Source: a virus (Duplodnaviria; Caudoviricetes). Taken from it: a stretch of 64,000 bases of DNA. Shown here one piece after another: positions 39,534 through 49,512 of the stretch. Each line of letters starts with the position of its first letter. Within the stretch, counting starts at the first letter, position 1. The notes beneath the pieces were generated by a model that saw only the letters and a program-made list of their open reading frames with translations, ran no database searches and was not told the origin of the DNA. Both the position numbers and the translations under genes were made by a program. The stretch lies in IMG/VR virus record IMGVR_UViG_3300032007_001727. One strand, 5' to 3'.

Positions 39534-39645
39534 AGGAAGAATAACCACGACACAAGAAGAAAAAGAATCGTTGTTAAGCCTTCTTTCAAGATTAAATGAA
39601 GACAGCCATTATGAGATAGACTAGATGTTTTTTTGACTATGAATT

Positions 39646-39930
39646 ATGTGTGAAAATAAAACGATAAAAGGAGAAATAACTATGGATAAAAATACGTTAA
39701 AATGGATTGATGTTAAAGAACAACTTCCAATTATTGACGATGAACATGAAGAGGGTGAAGTGCCATATCTAGGTATATACTGTGAACTTGAAGATTATGA
39801 TGAAGAGGATGAAGATTTCCCTTTTATGGATATAGTCTACTTCTATGGCAAAGGATGGAAAAATTCTAGATGGGAAAAAATATATGTCAAATATTGGTTA
39901 GAAATACCAGAAGCCCCAAAAAAACGATGA
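39646..39930 (+). CDS. DUF551-like protein
   Basis: WIDVKEQLP...VKYWLEIPEAP. Confidence 0.7.
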   Translation: MCENKTIKGEITMDKNTLKWIDVKEQLPIIDDEHEEGEVPYLGIYCELEDYDEEDEDFPFMDIVYFYGKGWKNSRWEKIYVKYWLEIPEAPKKR

Positions 39931-40310
39931 AAAGTTATACAGATATTGAACAAAGCAAAAAGTTGGCAGAAATACTGCCACTTGAAACCGCTGATATGTT
40001 TTATGACGGTGTTCAAGACTTATATAAGGAAAAGGTATATAACATTCCAATAAACGGCAGTTCTATTGCTGTTAGAACTGGACACAGCATCACAAAGAAA
40101 GCAATTAAAGCAAATCTTCTCTTGCCTTGTTGGAGCCTTGCTGCATTGCTTGGTGTTTTGTATGATGCTCACTTGAAGAAATACGTTTATGGCGGTATTA
40201 CAAAATATTATGTAACGCTACTTGGAAATAGGCAATATAATTCAATGCATCACGATAATCCAATTGACGCTTGTTACGAAGCGATAATGAAGTTACAAGA
40301 ATTAAATTAG
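39927..40310 (+). CDS. Paralog family B (KSYTDIEQSKKLAEILP.E.ADM...PCWSLAALL...NPIDAC)
   Basis: Shares blocks with 40313, 41121 and 42829. Confidence 0.8.
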   Translation: MKSYTDIEQSKKLAEILPLETADMFYDGVQDLYKEKVYNIPINGSSIAVRTGHSITKKAIKANLLLPCWSLAALLGVLYDAHLKKYVYGGITKYYVTLLGNRQYNSMHHDNPIDACYEAIMKLQELN

Positions 40311-40312
40311 TT

Positions 40313-40711
40313 ATGAAAGCATACACTGACATAGGACAATCCAAAAAGTTGGCAGAAATACTGCCAATTGAAAGTGCTGATATGTATAGAGTATTTGAGA
40401 ATAATGCAGAAACTCGTGTCTATCATGGTAAAATACCAACTGCATATTTTATTTGCAAACCTTGTTGGAGTCTTGCTGCGTTGCTTGATAGATTAAAAAT
40501 CTTTACTACACCAACAGCATTTTCAGTTAAAGTATGTGTGCCCTTGTTAAGAAAGACTAACAAAGGTTATTCTTTAACATATGCTGGAGATTATGCACTT
40601 ATGGTTAATAATGGCGCAGACATTGTTGCTCCAATTGAAATAGTAGCAGAAAATCCCATTGATGTTTGTGTAGAAATGATATTAAAATTACATGAACTTA
40701 AAATGTTGTGA
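40313..40711 (+). CDS. Paralog family B
   Basis: KAYTDIGQSKKLAEILP, PCWSLAALL. Confidence 0.8.
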   Translation: MKAYTDIGQSKKLAEILPIESADMYRVFENNAETRVYHGKIPTAYFICKPCWSLAALLDRLKIFTTPTAFSVKVCVPLLRKTNKGYSLTYAGDYALMVNNGADIVAPIEIVAENPIDVCVEMILKLHELKML

Positions 40712-40713
40712 TT

Positions 40714-41094
40714 ATGAAAAAATTATCAATAGAAGAAAAGCAACTACTGTTCAAAGACCTTTGTGCAAGGTTGCCTTATCACGTAAAGGTAAAGGTATGG
40801 CTTAAAGATGAGACAACAGAAGAAGGTGCATTGGATTTGGAACATAATTATGGGGATGTACTGCAAGATGCTTTTTATTTCGGTAAAATAAAAGACATTA
40901 AGCCATATCTTCGTCCAATGTCAAGTATGACTGAGGAAGAGAAGATTGAATATAAGCACCTTATTGCATTTAGTGGTAATCCAATTGGGTCAGCAGATTT
41001 TATTGATTGGCTCAATGCACATCACTTTGACTTTCGTGGACTAATTGAGAAAGAGTTTGCATTAGAAGCACCAAAGGATATATATAAATTATGA
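40714..41094 (+). CDS. Paralog family A
   Basis: KDLCARLPY, KPYLRPMSSMTEEE. Confidence 0.8.
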   Translation: MKKLSIEEKQLLFKDLCARLPYHVKVKVWLKDETTEEGALDLEHNYGDVLQDAFYFGKIKDIKPYLRPMSSMTEEEKIEYKHLIAFSGNPIGSADFIDWLNAHHFDFRGLIEKEFALEAPKDIYKL

Positions 41095-41120
41095 ATCTGA
41101 TAGTTGGTCGTTATTTAAAT

Positions 41121-41465
41121 ATGAAAAGTTATACAGATATTGAACAAAGCCGTAAGTTGGCAGAAATACTACCACTTGAAACTGCTGATATGGATTATAT
41201 TCCAATATGTAATTTAGAAGGAGAATATTCTATAAATGTTAATATTTGGAATAACGACCATCTTATAGACGAAGGCTGGATTCCTTGTTGGAGTCTTGCA
41301 GCGTTGCTTAATGTTTTACCGGATGATTGCGGTACAGAGAAAGAAGACGGAAAATATGTTGCATCTTATATTATATCAAACGAATGCGGCGCTTACACTA
41401 AGGATAATCCCATTGATGCTTGTGTGGAAATGATAATTGGACTTAAAGAACAAAACTTATTATAA
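41121..41465 (+). CDS. Paralog family B (alternative start 41091)
   Basis: KSYTDIEQSRKLAEILP, PCWSLAALL. Confidence 0.8.
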   Translation: MKSYTDIEQSRKLAEILPLETADMDYIPICNLEGEYSINVNIWNNDHLIDEGWIPCWSLAALLNVLPDDCGTEKEDGKYVASYIISNECGAYTKDNPIDACVEMIIGLKEQNLL

Positions 41466-41467
41466 TT

Positions 41468-42025
41468 ATGGGTTGCGATATACATTTAAGGGTTGAACAA
41501 AGAAAGAAAGTAAATCCTTATCCAAATGACAGACATGAATGGTATCATGTAGGATTCTATGGCGAATTTAGTTGCCGAATCTATGGTATGTTTGCACGAA
41601 TGGCAGGTGTAAGAGATTATGGCAATGATTGCAAAGTCAAATTTGAGCCACGAGGTCTCCCTAAGGATATAACAGATTGGGCTACACGTGAAACTTTCTT
41701 TATGAATGTCACAGACAATAAGGAAGCGGCAGCATGGCTTAGAAGCCATTGTCTCAAGGAAGATGCAGAAAGATGGGTAAAGGAGGGTTATTCAGAATGG
41801 GTTGATGAAAACCACAGAAAAGTAACACACCCCGACCTACATTCGCATTCTTGGCTTACAACACAAGAATTAAGGCAATGCTTTGATGATTGTTTCAAAG
41901 AGGAAGATGGCACATACAAACCATATGGTGATTATGTTAGATGGCTTGGATTAGTGTCATTATGCGAAGGCATTGAATCTGACGGAATACATGAATGTAG
42001 AGTAGTATTTGCATTTGATAACTAA
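41468..42025 (+). CDS. Hypothetical phage protein (MGCDIH...FDN type)
   Basis: MGCDIH, PRGLPKD, HSHSWLT, RVVFAFDN. Confidence 0.75.
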   Translation: MGCDIHLRVEQRKKVNPYPNDRHEWYHVGFYGEFSCRIYGMFARMAGVRDYGNDCKVKFEPRGLPKDITDWATRETFFMNVTDNKEAAAWLRSHCLKEDAERWVKEGYSEWVDENHRKVTHPDLHSHSWLTTQELRQCFDDCFKEEDGTYKPYGDYVRWLGLVSLCEGIESDGIHECRVVFAFDN

Positions 42026-42041
42026 TTTATGTTTTACAATT

Positions 42042-42287
42042 ATGACACAAGAAGAGAAACTTGAAGAGGCCAAGAGGCTATACAAAGATGCAAACGCAGA
42101 CCAGCGTTATGTGTTGGAACGGCTATTTCCACAACTCATAGAGTCAGAGGATGAGAAGATAAGGAAAGAAATAATTGAATATTTAAAATCCAAGTATGAA
42201 AATCCCAATGCTATTAGATTCGATTATGATAAATGGATTGCTTGGCTTGAAAAGCAAGGTAATCAGAAATCTGCTGATATAGAATAA
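42042..42287 (+). CDS. Paralog family D, short modular member
   Basis: EEAKRLYKDANADQRYVLE, DEKIRK, WIAWLEKQG shared with 47663. Confidence 0.7.
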   Translation: MTQEEKLEEAKRLYKDANADQRYVLERLFPQLIESEDEKIRKEIIEYLKSKYENPNAIRFDYDKWIAWLEKQGNQKSADIE

Positions 42288-42332
42288 ATTGGTTCAAATC
42301 TCTCAGAGCAAGAATAAAAGGAGGATAAGGTT

Positions 42333-42695
42333 ATGACGCAAAAAGAAAAACAACTATTGTTAAGGGACCTTTGTGCTAGATTGCCTTATGGTATAAAAAT
42401 TCTTCATAGAGGGGCAATAGAAGAAATAGTAGAAATAACATTAGAAGGGTCGTTTCAAAATAGGAGTTATAACGCTTGGTTTGATATTTCAACTTGTAAG
42501 CCTTACCTTCGTCCAATGTCAAGTATGACGGAGGAAGAAAGACAAGAATATGGTTTGGTACTATGTGATGAAGTATCAATTAATCAGTATGATTGGCTAA
42601 ATGCACATCATTTTGATTATCGCAACCTCATTGAGAAAGGGCTTGCATTAGAAGCACCAAAGGATATGTATAATTTCAATAATAAAGAGAAATAA
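42333..42695 (+). CDS. Paralog family A
   Basis: MTQKEKQLLLRDLCARLPYG. Confidence 0.8.
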   Translation: MTQKEKQLLLRDLCARLPYGIKILHRGAIEEIVEITLEGSFQNRSYNAWFDISTCKPYLRPMSSMTEEERQEYGLVLCDEVSINQYDWLNAHHFDYRNLIEKGLALEAPKDMYNFNNKEK

Positions 42696-42828
42696 CTATG
42701 GTAACAATGATAAATAATATTACAAGCCTTACAATAAGTGATATAGGAGAATTAATTTTTGTTCTTTTACCATTTATATTACTAATATTATTCATATTGA
42801 GGTTTAAAGATTCTAAATTTAGATAACT

Positions 42829-43209
42829 ATGGTAACAGTTAAGTCATATACAGACATTGAACAGTCAAAAAAGTTGGCTGAGATACTGCCAATTGAAAGT
42901 GCGGATATGGGCTATCTTTGGAATGGCATATCTTTTTGTGAATATGCTGTAAGTAAACAAACTATTTCCAAGAAAGTAGAGAATATTCCTTGTTGGAGTC
43001 TTGCTGCATTGCTTAATATTTTACCCAAAAAATATTATCCGATAAAAGACCATAAAACTGACCTAGTTCTTTGCAAGCAAAAAGATAAATGGTGCGTTCT
43101 TTATTGGGATGCAACTGGAATGCAAGACGGTGAACAAACATTGGAAGATAATTTAATAGACGCTTGTTACAAAATGATTTTAAATTTACATGAACTTAAA
43201 ATATTGTGA
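42829..43209 (+). CDS. Paralog family B
   Basis: KSYTDIEQSKKLAEILP, PCWSLAALL. Confidence 0.8.
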   Translation: MVTVKSYTDIEQSKKLAEILPIESADMGYLWNGISFCEYAVSKQTISKKVENIPCWSLAALLNILPKKYYPIKDHKTDLVLCKQKDKWCVLYWDATGMQDGEQTLEDNLIDACYKMILNLHELKIL

Positions 43210-43321
43210 TTATGATTGCAATTAACTATTTAAGAAGCAAGGAATATGTTCTGTCTTCCGATTATAAGGATTATAGAATCATTAAAGGCAAAACAAAATA
43301 TAGTGCAAAACATAAAAAATA

Positions 43322-43666
43322 ATGGAAAAGGTTTTTGAAATACCAGAAATAACAAATAATACAATTAAGTATTTTGTTGATAATAAATTTGTTGGTGACG
43401 TTACTGTAGACCAAGTAAATCAAATCCGCGAAAATATTATTGAGTACATTATTGAGAATAAAGATAAATCAATTCTTGATAGATTTTATTTTGTTGGTCA
43501 TAAGGATTCAAATGACAAGCCAGGTGAAGAGGTAAAAATAACTATGGATGTATGGGGAAATCTCTCTGATTTACCGTGGGAAATGAACCATGTTCGAAGA
43601 AGCATGATGCGTCTTATTCATATTGGACGTGTTAATAGTGAACTTTTATATAGTTTAGAAAAATAA
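43322..43666 (+). CDS. Hypothetical protein
   Basis: 114-aa ORF. Confidence 0.65.
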   Translation: MEKVFEIPEITNNTIKYFVDNKFVGDVTVDQVNQIRENIIEYIIENKDKSILDRFYFVGHKDSNDKPGEEVKITMDVWGNLSDLPWEMNHVRRSMMRLIHIGRVNSELLYSLEK

Positions 43667-44035
43667 TAAGTGTTCAAGTATCAAACATTCTATTTTTACG
43701 ATAAGATAGATAAGTATGTAATAGGTCAACAGTTAACATTAAAGTAATTGTAGCAAAATGAGAAAAATTGACTTTTAACAAAAATTGACACATAAAACTT
43801 TGCCACGTGACAAATAATTCGTATATTTACACAAGTCAAAGATAAAAATAAGTTTTATAGAATAAAAAAATGTTGTGATTATGCATATAAACGGAAATAA
43901 ACACCCTATTTTATGGTGGATTTGTGTTGTAATCCCCTTTATTATATATTCTTCCTTTCCTAAATGCATTAAAAGAAAATTATTTGATAAATATTCAAGT
44001 TATAGCAAATATAAAAATAATAAAAAGAAAATACT

Positions 44036-45559
44036 ATGAAAGAACTAACTATAGAACAAAAGGCTTTAGTTTATGACGAGGCCCTTGAAATAGCAAAACA
44101 TTATCACAGCGGAATGGGTGATGATGTCAAATGTGTCTTAGAAGAGGTCTTTTCCGAACTCCGTGAATCAGAAGACGAGAGTGAGGATGATAAGATAAGA
44201 AGAGCCCTTCTCAACACAGTAAAATATTATCATTTTAAAGAATCACCTTACATGTTAGGTATATCTCAAGAACAAGTTATTGCTTGGCTTGAAAAGCAAC
44301 GCGAACAGAAGCCCACTGATAAGGTTAAACCAAAGTTTAAGGTTGGCGATAAAATAATTGAAAAAGATTTCGATGAATGTGGTTGTGGAACTATTATAGA
44401 CATTAAAGATGGCAAATACATCTTTGATGATGGAGGCTTTATTTTTATAGAAGAACAAGGTCTTTGGAAACTCGTTAAGCAGAAGTCTGCTGACAAGGCA
44501 GAACCAAAGTTTAAGGTTGGCGATTGGATAGTATATAATAGAAACAATTCTTCAATAGAAATTCTGTATATTTGTGATATAAGGGATGGTAGATATTATT
44601 TCAATGACAATATTCATATCTCTTGGTCTGTAAAAGAATGTGATGAAAAATGTCATCTTTGGACTATTGCTGATGCAAAGGGTGGTGATGTACTTGTAAA
44701 TCAAAATGGAGAAATGCCATTTATATTCAAAGAATGTAAGGACAATCATATCTATTGCTATTGTGGATATACAAATCGTAAAGATATATTCTTTAATAAG
44801 TTTGTTGATAGTAAAGGTGAAGAATTACATTGGTTAAATCTTTATCATGAACAAGCATATCCAACCACCAAAGAACAACGTGACCTCTTGTTCCAAAAGA
44901 TGAAGGAATCTGGCTATGAATGGAATGCTGAAAAGAAAGAAGTGAAGAAGATACACGTAATTGATGAAGGCAAGGCTGAAATGGACTACTGTTTCACTAA
45001 GATGATGAATGGTGAAAAGGTAAGTCCCATTTGGAGTGAAGGGGATGATGTCTTTTTTAAAGCAATTGTCAGAGATATTGAGAATATCAAATATATCAGT
45101 GAAAGTGCAAAAACTGATAGAATAAAATGGCTCAAATCCCTCAAAGACCGCGTACAACCAAAACAAGAGTGGAAACAAGAAAATACAAGTGATTTGACTG
45201 ACTTTGAGAATGCGATGATGCACATAGGTGACTCTTTCTTTGGACAACATGCAGGTTTAGACCCGAATAACACTAATGCAATAAAAGAGCAAGCAAACCT
45301 TCTCTTAGAACTTATACCAAGTAAAGAGTGGAGTGAGAAGGATAATAGACTTTTAAATGATGCCATATCTCTTGCTGATGAATGTGATGATTTTGAATTA
45401 AGAGATTGGCTCAAATCCCTCAAATCTCAAAATAGATGGAAGCCAAGTGATGAGCAGATGAGCCTTCTTGAAGAATTAGTTGAAGACAATAATCAAAGGT
45501 ACTTCTATACTATACTTAGGTCATTGTATGAGCAATTAAAGAAACTAAGGGAGGAATAG
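44036..45559 (+). CDS. Paralog family D, long mosaic member
   Basis: Modules AWLEKQ, PKFKVGD x2, LWTIADAK.GD, P.TKEQ, WSE.D, WKPSDEQM. Confidence 0.8.
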   Translation: MKELTIEQKALVYDEALEIAKHYHSGMGDDVKCVLEEVFSELRESEDESEDDKIRRALLNTVKYYHFKESPYMLGISQEQVIAWLEKQREQKPTDKVKPKFKVGDKIIEKDFDECGCGTIIDIKDGKYIFDDGGFIFIEEQGLWKLVKQKSADKAEPKFKVGDWIVYNRNNSSIEILYICDIRDGRYYFNDNIHISWSVKECDEKCHLWTIADAKGGDVLVNQNGEMPFIFKECKDNHIYCYCGYTNRKDIFFNKFVDSKGEELHWLNLYHEQAYPTTKEQRDLLFQKMKESGYEWNAEKKEVKKIHVIDEGKAEMDYCFTKMMNGEKVSPIWSEGDDVFFKAIVRDIENIKYISESAKTDRIKWLKSLKDRVQPKQEWKQENTSDLTDFENAMMHIGDSFFGQHAGLDPNNTNAIKEQANLLLELIPSKEWSEKDNRLLNDAISLADECDDFELRDWLKSLKSQNRWKPSDEQMSLLEELVEDNNQRYFYTILRSLYEQLKKLREE

Positions 45560-45561
45560 TT

Positions 45562-45729
45562 ATGAAATATTGTGTAGAAAACGAAATATTCGGACATCTT
45601 GAAGGCATTATCGATGGTGCTGATAGAATGACAAGTGGCAACTTTATGCACAACAAAAATGCAATTAAGTTGTCTGCGAAGATTATTATAGATAGGCTTC
45701 ACAGTCTTGGTATTAACGAAAAAAAATAA
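45562..45729 (+). CDS. Small hypothetical protein, 55 aa (not in ORF track)
   Basis: MKYCVENEIFGHLEGIIDGADRMTSGN... fills the gap. Confidence 0.55.
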   Translation: MKYCVENEIFGHLEGIIDGADRMTSGNFMHNKNAIKLSAKIIIDRLHSLGINEKK

Positions 45730-45733
45730 AATT

Positions 45734-46057
45734 ATGAAAGCAAACGAAGCAACGGAAAAATGTATGACGTTTTATCATGGAACAAATAAAGAAAATTGGG
45801 ATGCCATACAAAAAGAAGGTATACTTTATGGTAGAAGGTATATAACAGACAATAATGGCAATATTATAAAAAAAGTTAGTAGATGTACTTATCTTGCAAC
45901 AGATTTAGAGGAGGCTAAATGTTATGGTGATGTAATTCTACAAGTTGAATATGACCCATTTAAACATAAGAAGAAAAACAACTATATAGATGGTTGTTGG
46001 CAAGTAAGAGTATATGAACCTATTCCTATTTCTAAAATTCAAGAAGTAAAGTTATGA
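45734..46057 (+). CDS. Putative ADP-ribosyltransferase-fold protein with MKANEA leader (family C)
   Basis: FYHGT...I.KEGI, YLATD..EA..YG, VY..IP pattern of H-Y-x ART/KptA-like proteins. Confidence 0.55.
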   Translation: MKANEATEKCMTFYHGTNKENWDAIQKEGILYGRRYITDNNGNIIKKVSRCTYLATDLEEAKCYGDVILQVEYDPFKHKKKNNYIDGCWQVRVYEPIPISKIQEVKL

Positions 46058-46359
46058 AAGCAAACGAAGCACCAGAGAAATTGTATGTTGATGTAAACGA
46101 CAATTTTAGTGATTCTTTTCTTTATGGATTTACAGAAAAGCGTAAAGAGGATGATATTGAATACACCCATACTGATGCCTTTATTGAGAAGGCTTGCGAG
46201 TTTATAAGTAAATATATTGAGTCTGATAAATATGTATCTCCTGATGAGGAATCATACAGATTGGGTTTTCCGTATAACTACTTTGAGACAAACATGTTTA
46301 TTAATGATTTCAAAGACTATATGAAGGGGAATAGTTATGAAAGCAAACGAAGCACCTAA
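46054..46359 (+). CDS. Paralog family C (MKANEAP...IEY...DAFIE)
   Basis: Shares its termini with 46337. Confidence 0.75.
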   Translation: MKANEAPEKLYVDVNDNFSDSFLYGFTEKRKEDDIEYTHTDAFIEKACEFISKYIESDKYVSPDEESYRLGFPYNYFETNMFINDFKDYMKGNSYESKRST

Positions 46360-46594
46360 GAAGATTATATTGTCAGCATATAGAGATTCAGAAGAACTAT
46401 CCGATTATTGGGCGGTAAGTGACAATACAGATAATATTAAGATTGAATACGTTCGTGCTGATGCCTTTATTGAGGGGGCTGCTGACAAATTAAAGCAACT
46501 TATGTATGACCAACATTTGTTTGAAGGTAGGATGCATCAAGATGCTATTATCGAGAATTTCGTTGGGTATTTTAAAGACTATATAAAAGGATAA
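46337..46594 (+). CDS. Paralog family C
   Basis: MKANEAPKK, DAFIE, FKDY.KG. Confidence 0.75.
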   Translation: MKANEAPKKIILSAYRDSEELSDYWAVSDNTDNIKIEYVRADAFIEGAADKLKQLMYDQHLFEGRMHQDAIIENFVGYFKDYIKG

Positions 46595-46615
46595 TAATTT
46601 ATGACATAATTGAGT

Positions 46616-47074
46616 ATGGCACACTTAATAGACAAAGACGCTTTATTAGCGAGGATTAAAAAATTAAAGATGGACATTGGAAACATGTTCAATGAGTATG
46701 ATGAAGGGTTTTGGGAAGGAAGGGCCACTGCATTTGATGATGTTATTTGTGCTCTCAACACCCTTGAAGTGAAAGACCCACATGAACAATGTGCTCAATA
46801 TGACTCTATTAAAGCGGGTATTCAAGCCCATTCTGAAACCTATTCTTTCAACATAGAAAGTGAGTTGTTTAATCAACTGACAAAAGAACAGCAAGTGTTG
46901 TGGAGAAAGGAAATAGAGCAAGCATGTATCAGCGGTGGCGAAGTAGGTTATTTACTTGCAAAAGACCCACGTTATAAGGAAAACCTTGAAGTTAAAGTGG
47001 CGGACTTAGATGAAGCATTATCAGGTTTGGATAAAGAGATAAAAGAATTTGTTGCAACGGAAGAAGGAGAATAG
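46616..47074 (+). CDS. Paralog family E (H.IDKDAL.A.I...YDEG...TLEVK)
   Basis: Shares blocks with 47441. Confidence 0.7.
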   Translation: MAHLIDKDALLARIKKLKMDIGNMFNEYDEGFWEGRATAFDDVICALNTLEVKDPHEQCAQYDSIKAGIQAHSETYSFNIESELFNQLTKEQQVLWRKEIEQACISGGEVGYLLAKDPRYKENLEVKVADLDEALSGLDKEIKEFVATEEGE

Positions 47075-47077
47075 AAT

Positions 47078-47341
47078 ATGAATATGGAAAAAGATTTTGT
47101 CAAACCTTTTGTAACCGTTGGAAAGTGGTTACTGTTTCTTGTTCTGATTATATTAATAGGCATTCAGAATTATCAGATAAGAAACTATAAACAGAGTGAA
47201 AAAGAATGGGTTGAACTTTCAAAACTATGGCGAGAGAAACTTGATACTTGTATGAATCGTAATGAACGAATCTATGAGCAGTTGTATCAATTCCAAGATA
47301 TAAGAATTAATCAATTAAAAGCACAGAAAGGAGAAGATTGA
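47078..47341 (+). CDS. Small membrane-anchored coiled-coil protein
   Basis: Hydrophobic WLLFLVLIILIGI segment. Confidence 0.6.
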   Translation: MNMEKDFVKPFVTVGKWLLFLVLIILIGIQNYQIRNYKQSEKEWVELSKLWREKLDTCMNRNERIYEQLYQFQDIRINQLKAQKGED

Positions 47342-47352
47342 AAAAATACCTT

Positions 47353-47435
47353 TTTCACATTTTTTAAGAAAAAAACTTTTGTTAATTCAATTTTTTTCGG
47401 TACATTTGCATCGTAAACCATTTAAAATAGAATTA
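47353..47435 (+). repeat. ~83-bp promoter/leader block, copy 2, with intact -33/-7 promoter
   Basis: TTTG 47378, TACATTTG 47401. Confidence 0.85.
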
Positions 47436-47440
47436 AAAGT

Positions 47441-47647
47441 ATGTCACACTACATAGACAAAGATGCTCTTAGGGCGGAAATAGAAGCCCTACAAGATGCT
47501 ACCATGGACGAGAATAGAAATTTCAAGTCTTCCTATGACGAGGGTAAGTTTGATGCTTTAACCGTAATAGATAATTTACTTGACACCCTTGAGGTGAAGT
47601 CCGAAGAAATTGATTTGAACAACTCCAAGGATAGAGTAATATATTAA
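47441..47647 (+). CDS. Paralog family E
   Basis: MSHYIDKDALRAEI...YDEG...TLEVK. Confidence 0.7.
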   Translation: MSHYIDKDALRAEIEALQDATMDENRNFKSSYDEGKFDALTVIDNLLDTLEVKSEEIDLNNSKDRVIY

Positions 47648-47662
47648 AATTTTGTGAAAGTT

Positions 47663-48544
47663 ATGGAAGAAAAAGAAAGATTTGAAGAAGCCAAAAGGCT
47701 ATACAAAGATGCAAATGCAGACCAACGCTATGTTTTGGAACGTATATTTCCTCAACTCAGAGAGAGCGGGGATGAGAAGATAAGGAAAGCAATAATTAAT
47801 TATTTTGAATGTCAAATTAGGGATGAACCTACAAGAAAAAATATTCTTAATAAATGGATTAATTGGCTTAAATTTATAAAAGCATCTTCTATCAATAATA
47901 TAGATAAATCATTCATTGATGATATAAAAAACATAATTTATGAAGCACCTGGAGTGCTTCAAGCAGATAAAAATAGACTTGTTGCTTGGCTTGAAAAGCA
48001 AGGCGAGTCGAAATCTATTGATATTCAATCAATAGAAAAAAGAGCGCATGAAGTATTTCCTGATGATGATGATGAAAATACTCCCCTTTATAGACAAGCA
48101 TTTATAGATGGTGCTGTAGATTATATTGATTGTGGCTGCAAAAATATTGCTTGGAGTGAAGAGGATGAGAAGATAAGAAGGGAAATTATAAGAATTGTTG
48201 ACATATGGACAAGTAGTTCTCCAATTGTCAACGGGATTCCAAGTGAAACCCTTCTTGCTTGGCTTGAAAAGCAAGGGGAGCATGCTTCTACTTGGAGTGA
48301 AGAAGATGAAAGAAACGTAAAAGAGTTACTATATCTTGTAGAAGCAAATTATTTAAACTCAGAAGAACCACATGACAGACTAATCAATTTTCTTGAATCC
48401 ATCAGATATAAGAACACTTGGAAGCCAAGTGATGAGCAGATGCGTGAACTTCACAATGTATTTAATGATACAAGTGGGGGTTGGGAAGATAGCGTTATTG
48501 AATCACTCTATAACAATTTAAAGAAACTAAGGAAGGAGAAATAA
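47663..48544 (+). CDS. Paralog family D mosaic member
   Basis: DEKIR x2, AWLEKQGE x2, WSEEDE x2, WKPSDEQM. Confidence 0.8.
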   Translation: MEEKERFEEAKRLYKDANADQRYVLERIFPQLRESGDEKIRKAIINYFECQIRDEPTRKNILNKWINWLKFIKASSINNIDKSFIDDIKNIIYEAPGVLQADKNRLVAWLEKQGESKSIDIQSIEKRAHEVFPDDDDENTPLYRQAFIDGAVDYIDCGCKNIAWSEEDEKIRREIIRIVDIWTSSSPIVNGIPSETLLAWLEKQGEHASTWSEEDERNVKELLYLVEANYLNSEEPHDRLINFLESIRYKNTWKPSDEQMRELHNVFNDTSGGWEDSVIESLYNNLKKLRKEK

Positions 48545-48546
48545 CT

Positions 48547-48948
48547 ATGGCAATAATAACAGAAGATTACGTTAGTTTTGAAATAGCAAAACTTTTGAAA
48601 GAAAAAGGTTTTAATGCCAAATGCGATAAATGTTATGCTTATTTTGCAGATGATGACATTCGTTCTCTGAATTTAAAATATCCAAAATTAGCACAATTAC
48701 TGATTGAAAATAGGTACCCTTGTGTAACTCACCAAATGGCAATGAAGTGGCTACGAGAAGAACATCATTTATCAGTTGAGGTGTATAGAACTGCTTGTGG
48801 TTATATAGGATGTGTTGTTGCTATTCCAAGTGGAACTGATATTAAATTTCTTGAAGATGATGGCGATGATTTGCCAAGTGGCACATATACAAAATGGGAA
48901 TATGCTTGTGAAGCATCAATCAAGTATTGTATTAAAAATTTGATTTAA
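48547..48948 (+). CDS. Hypothetical phage protein
   Basis: EDYVSFEIAKLLKEKGF...AMKWLRE. Confidence 0.7.
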   Translation: MAIITEDYVSFEIAKLLKEKGFNAKCDKCYAYFADDDIRSLNLKYPKLAQLLIENRYPCVTHQMAMKWLREEHHLSVEVYRTACGYIGCVVAIPSGTDIKFLEDDGDDLPSGTYTKWEYACEASIKYCIKNLI

Positions 48949-48971
48949 TATGACAATAAAAGACAACGACT

Positions 48972-49481
48972 ATGGAAGAAAAAGACAAATTGAGTGATAT
49001 GCTTGATGAATCTTTGTCCAAGGAAAACACTGCTGACAAGGTTGAACCAAAGTTTAAGATTGGTGACACTATCTATTATAACTCATTTGGCAAAGTAAAA
49101 AGTATGATTGTATCCAATGTAGTTACAGATAGTACAGATAATCCTATGTATGAAGATGCAAATGGCAATGCTGTATTTGAGAAAGACCTTGTAGAACAGA
49201 AGCATGTTTGGAGTAGAGAGGATGAACAAAATCTTAATGCCGCACTAGGTTATATAGATGATGAGTATCTTCGTAGATGGCTTAAAGATGCTATCTATAA
49301 CAAATACGAGAAGCCTACTTGTAGTGAAGAGGATGGAAGGATAAGGAAAGACTTAATAAGTCATTTCAAGGAAACAATAGAAAATATTAAAAGTGAAGAA
49401 ATAATACCTCATCATGCAAAGATTCTTGTAGGCAAAATGCAAAAATGGATTGCTTGGCTTGAAAATGCAAGAACTTGGTAA
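48972..49481 (+). CDS. Paralog family D mosaic member
   Basis: DKVEPKFKIGD, WSREDE, WIAWLE. Confidence 0.75.
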   Translation: MEEKDKLSDMLDESLSKENTADKVEPKFKIGDTIYYNSFGKVKSMIVSNVVTDSTDNPMYEDANGNAVFEKDLVEQKHVWSREDEQNLNAALGYIDDEYLRRWLKDAIYNKYEKPTCSEEDGRIRKDLISHFKETIENIKSEEIIPHHAKILVGKMQKWIAWLENARTW

Positions 49482-49512
49482 ATATAAAGTTAAATAAGTT
49501 TTAGAAAAACAT

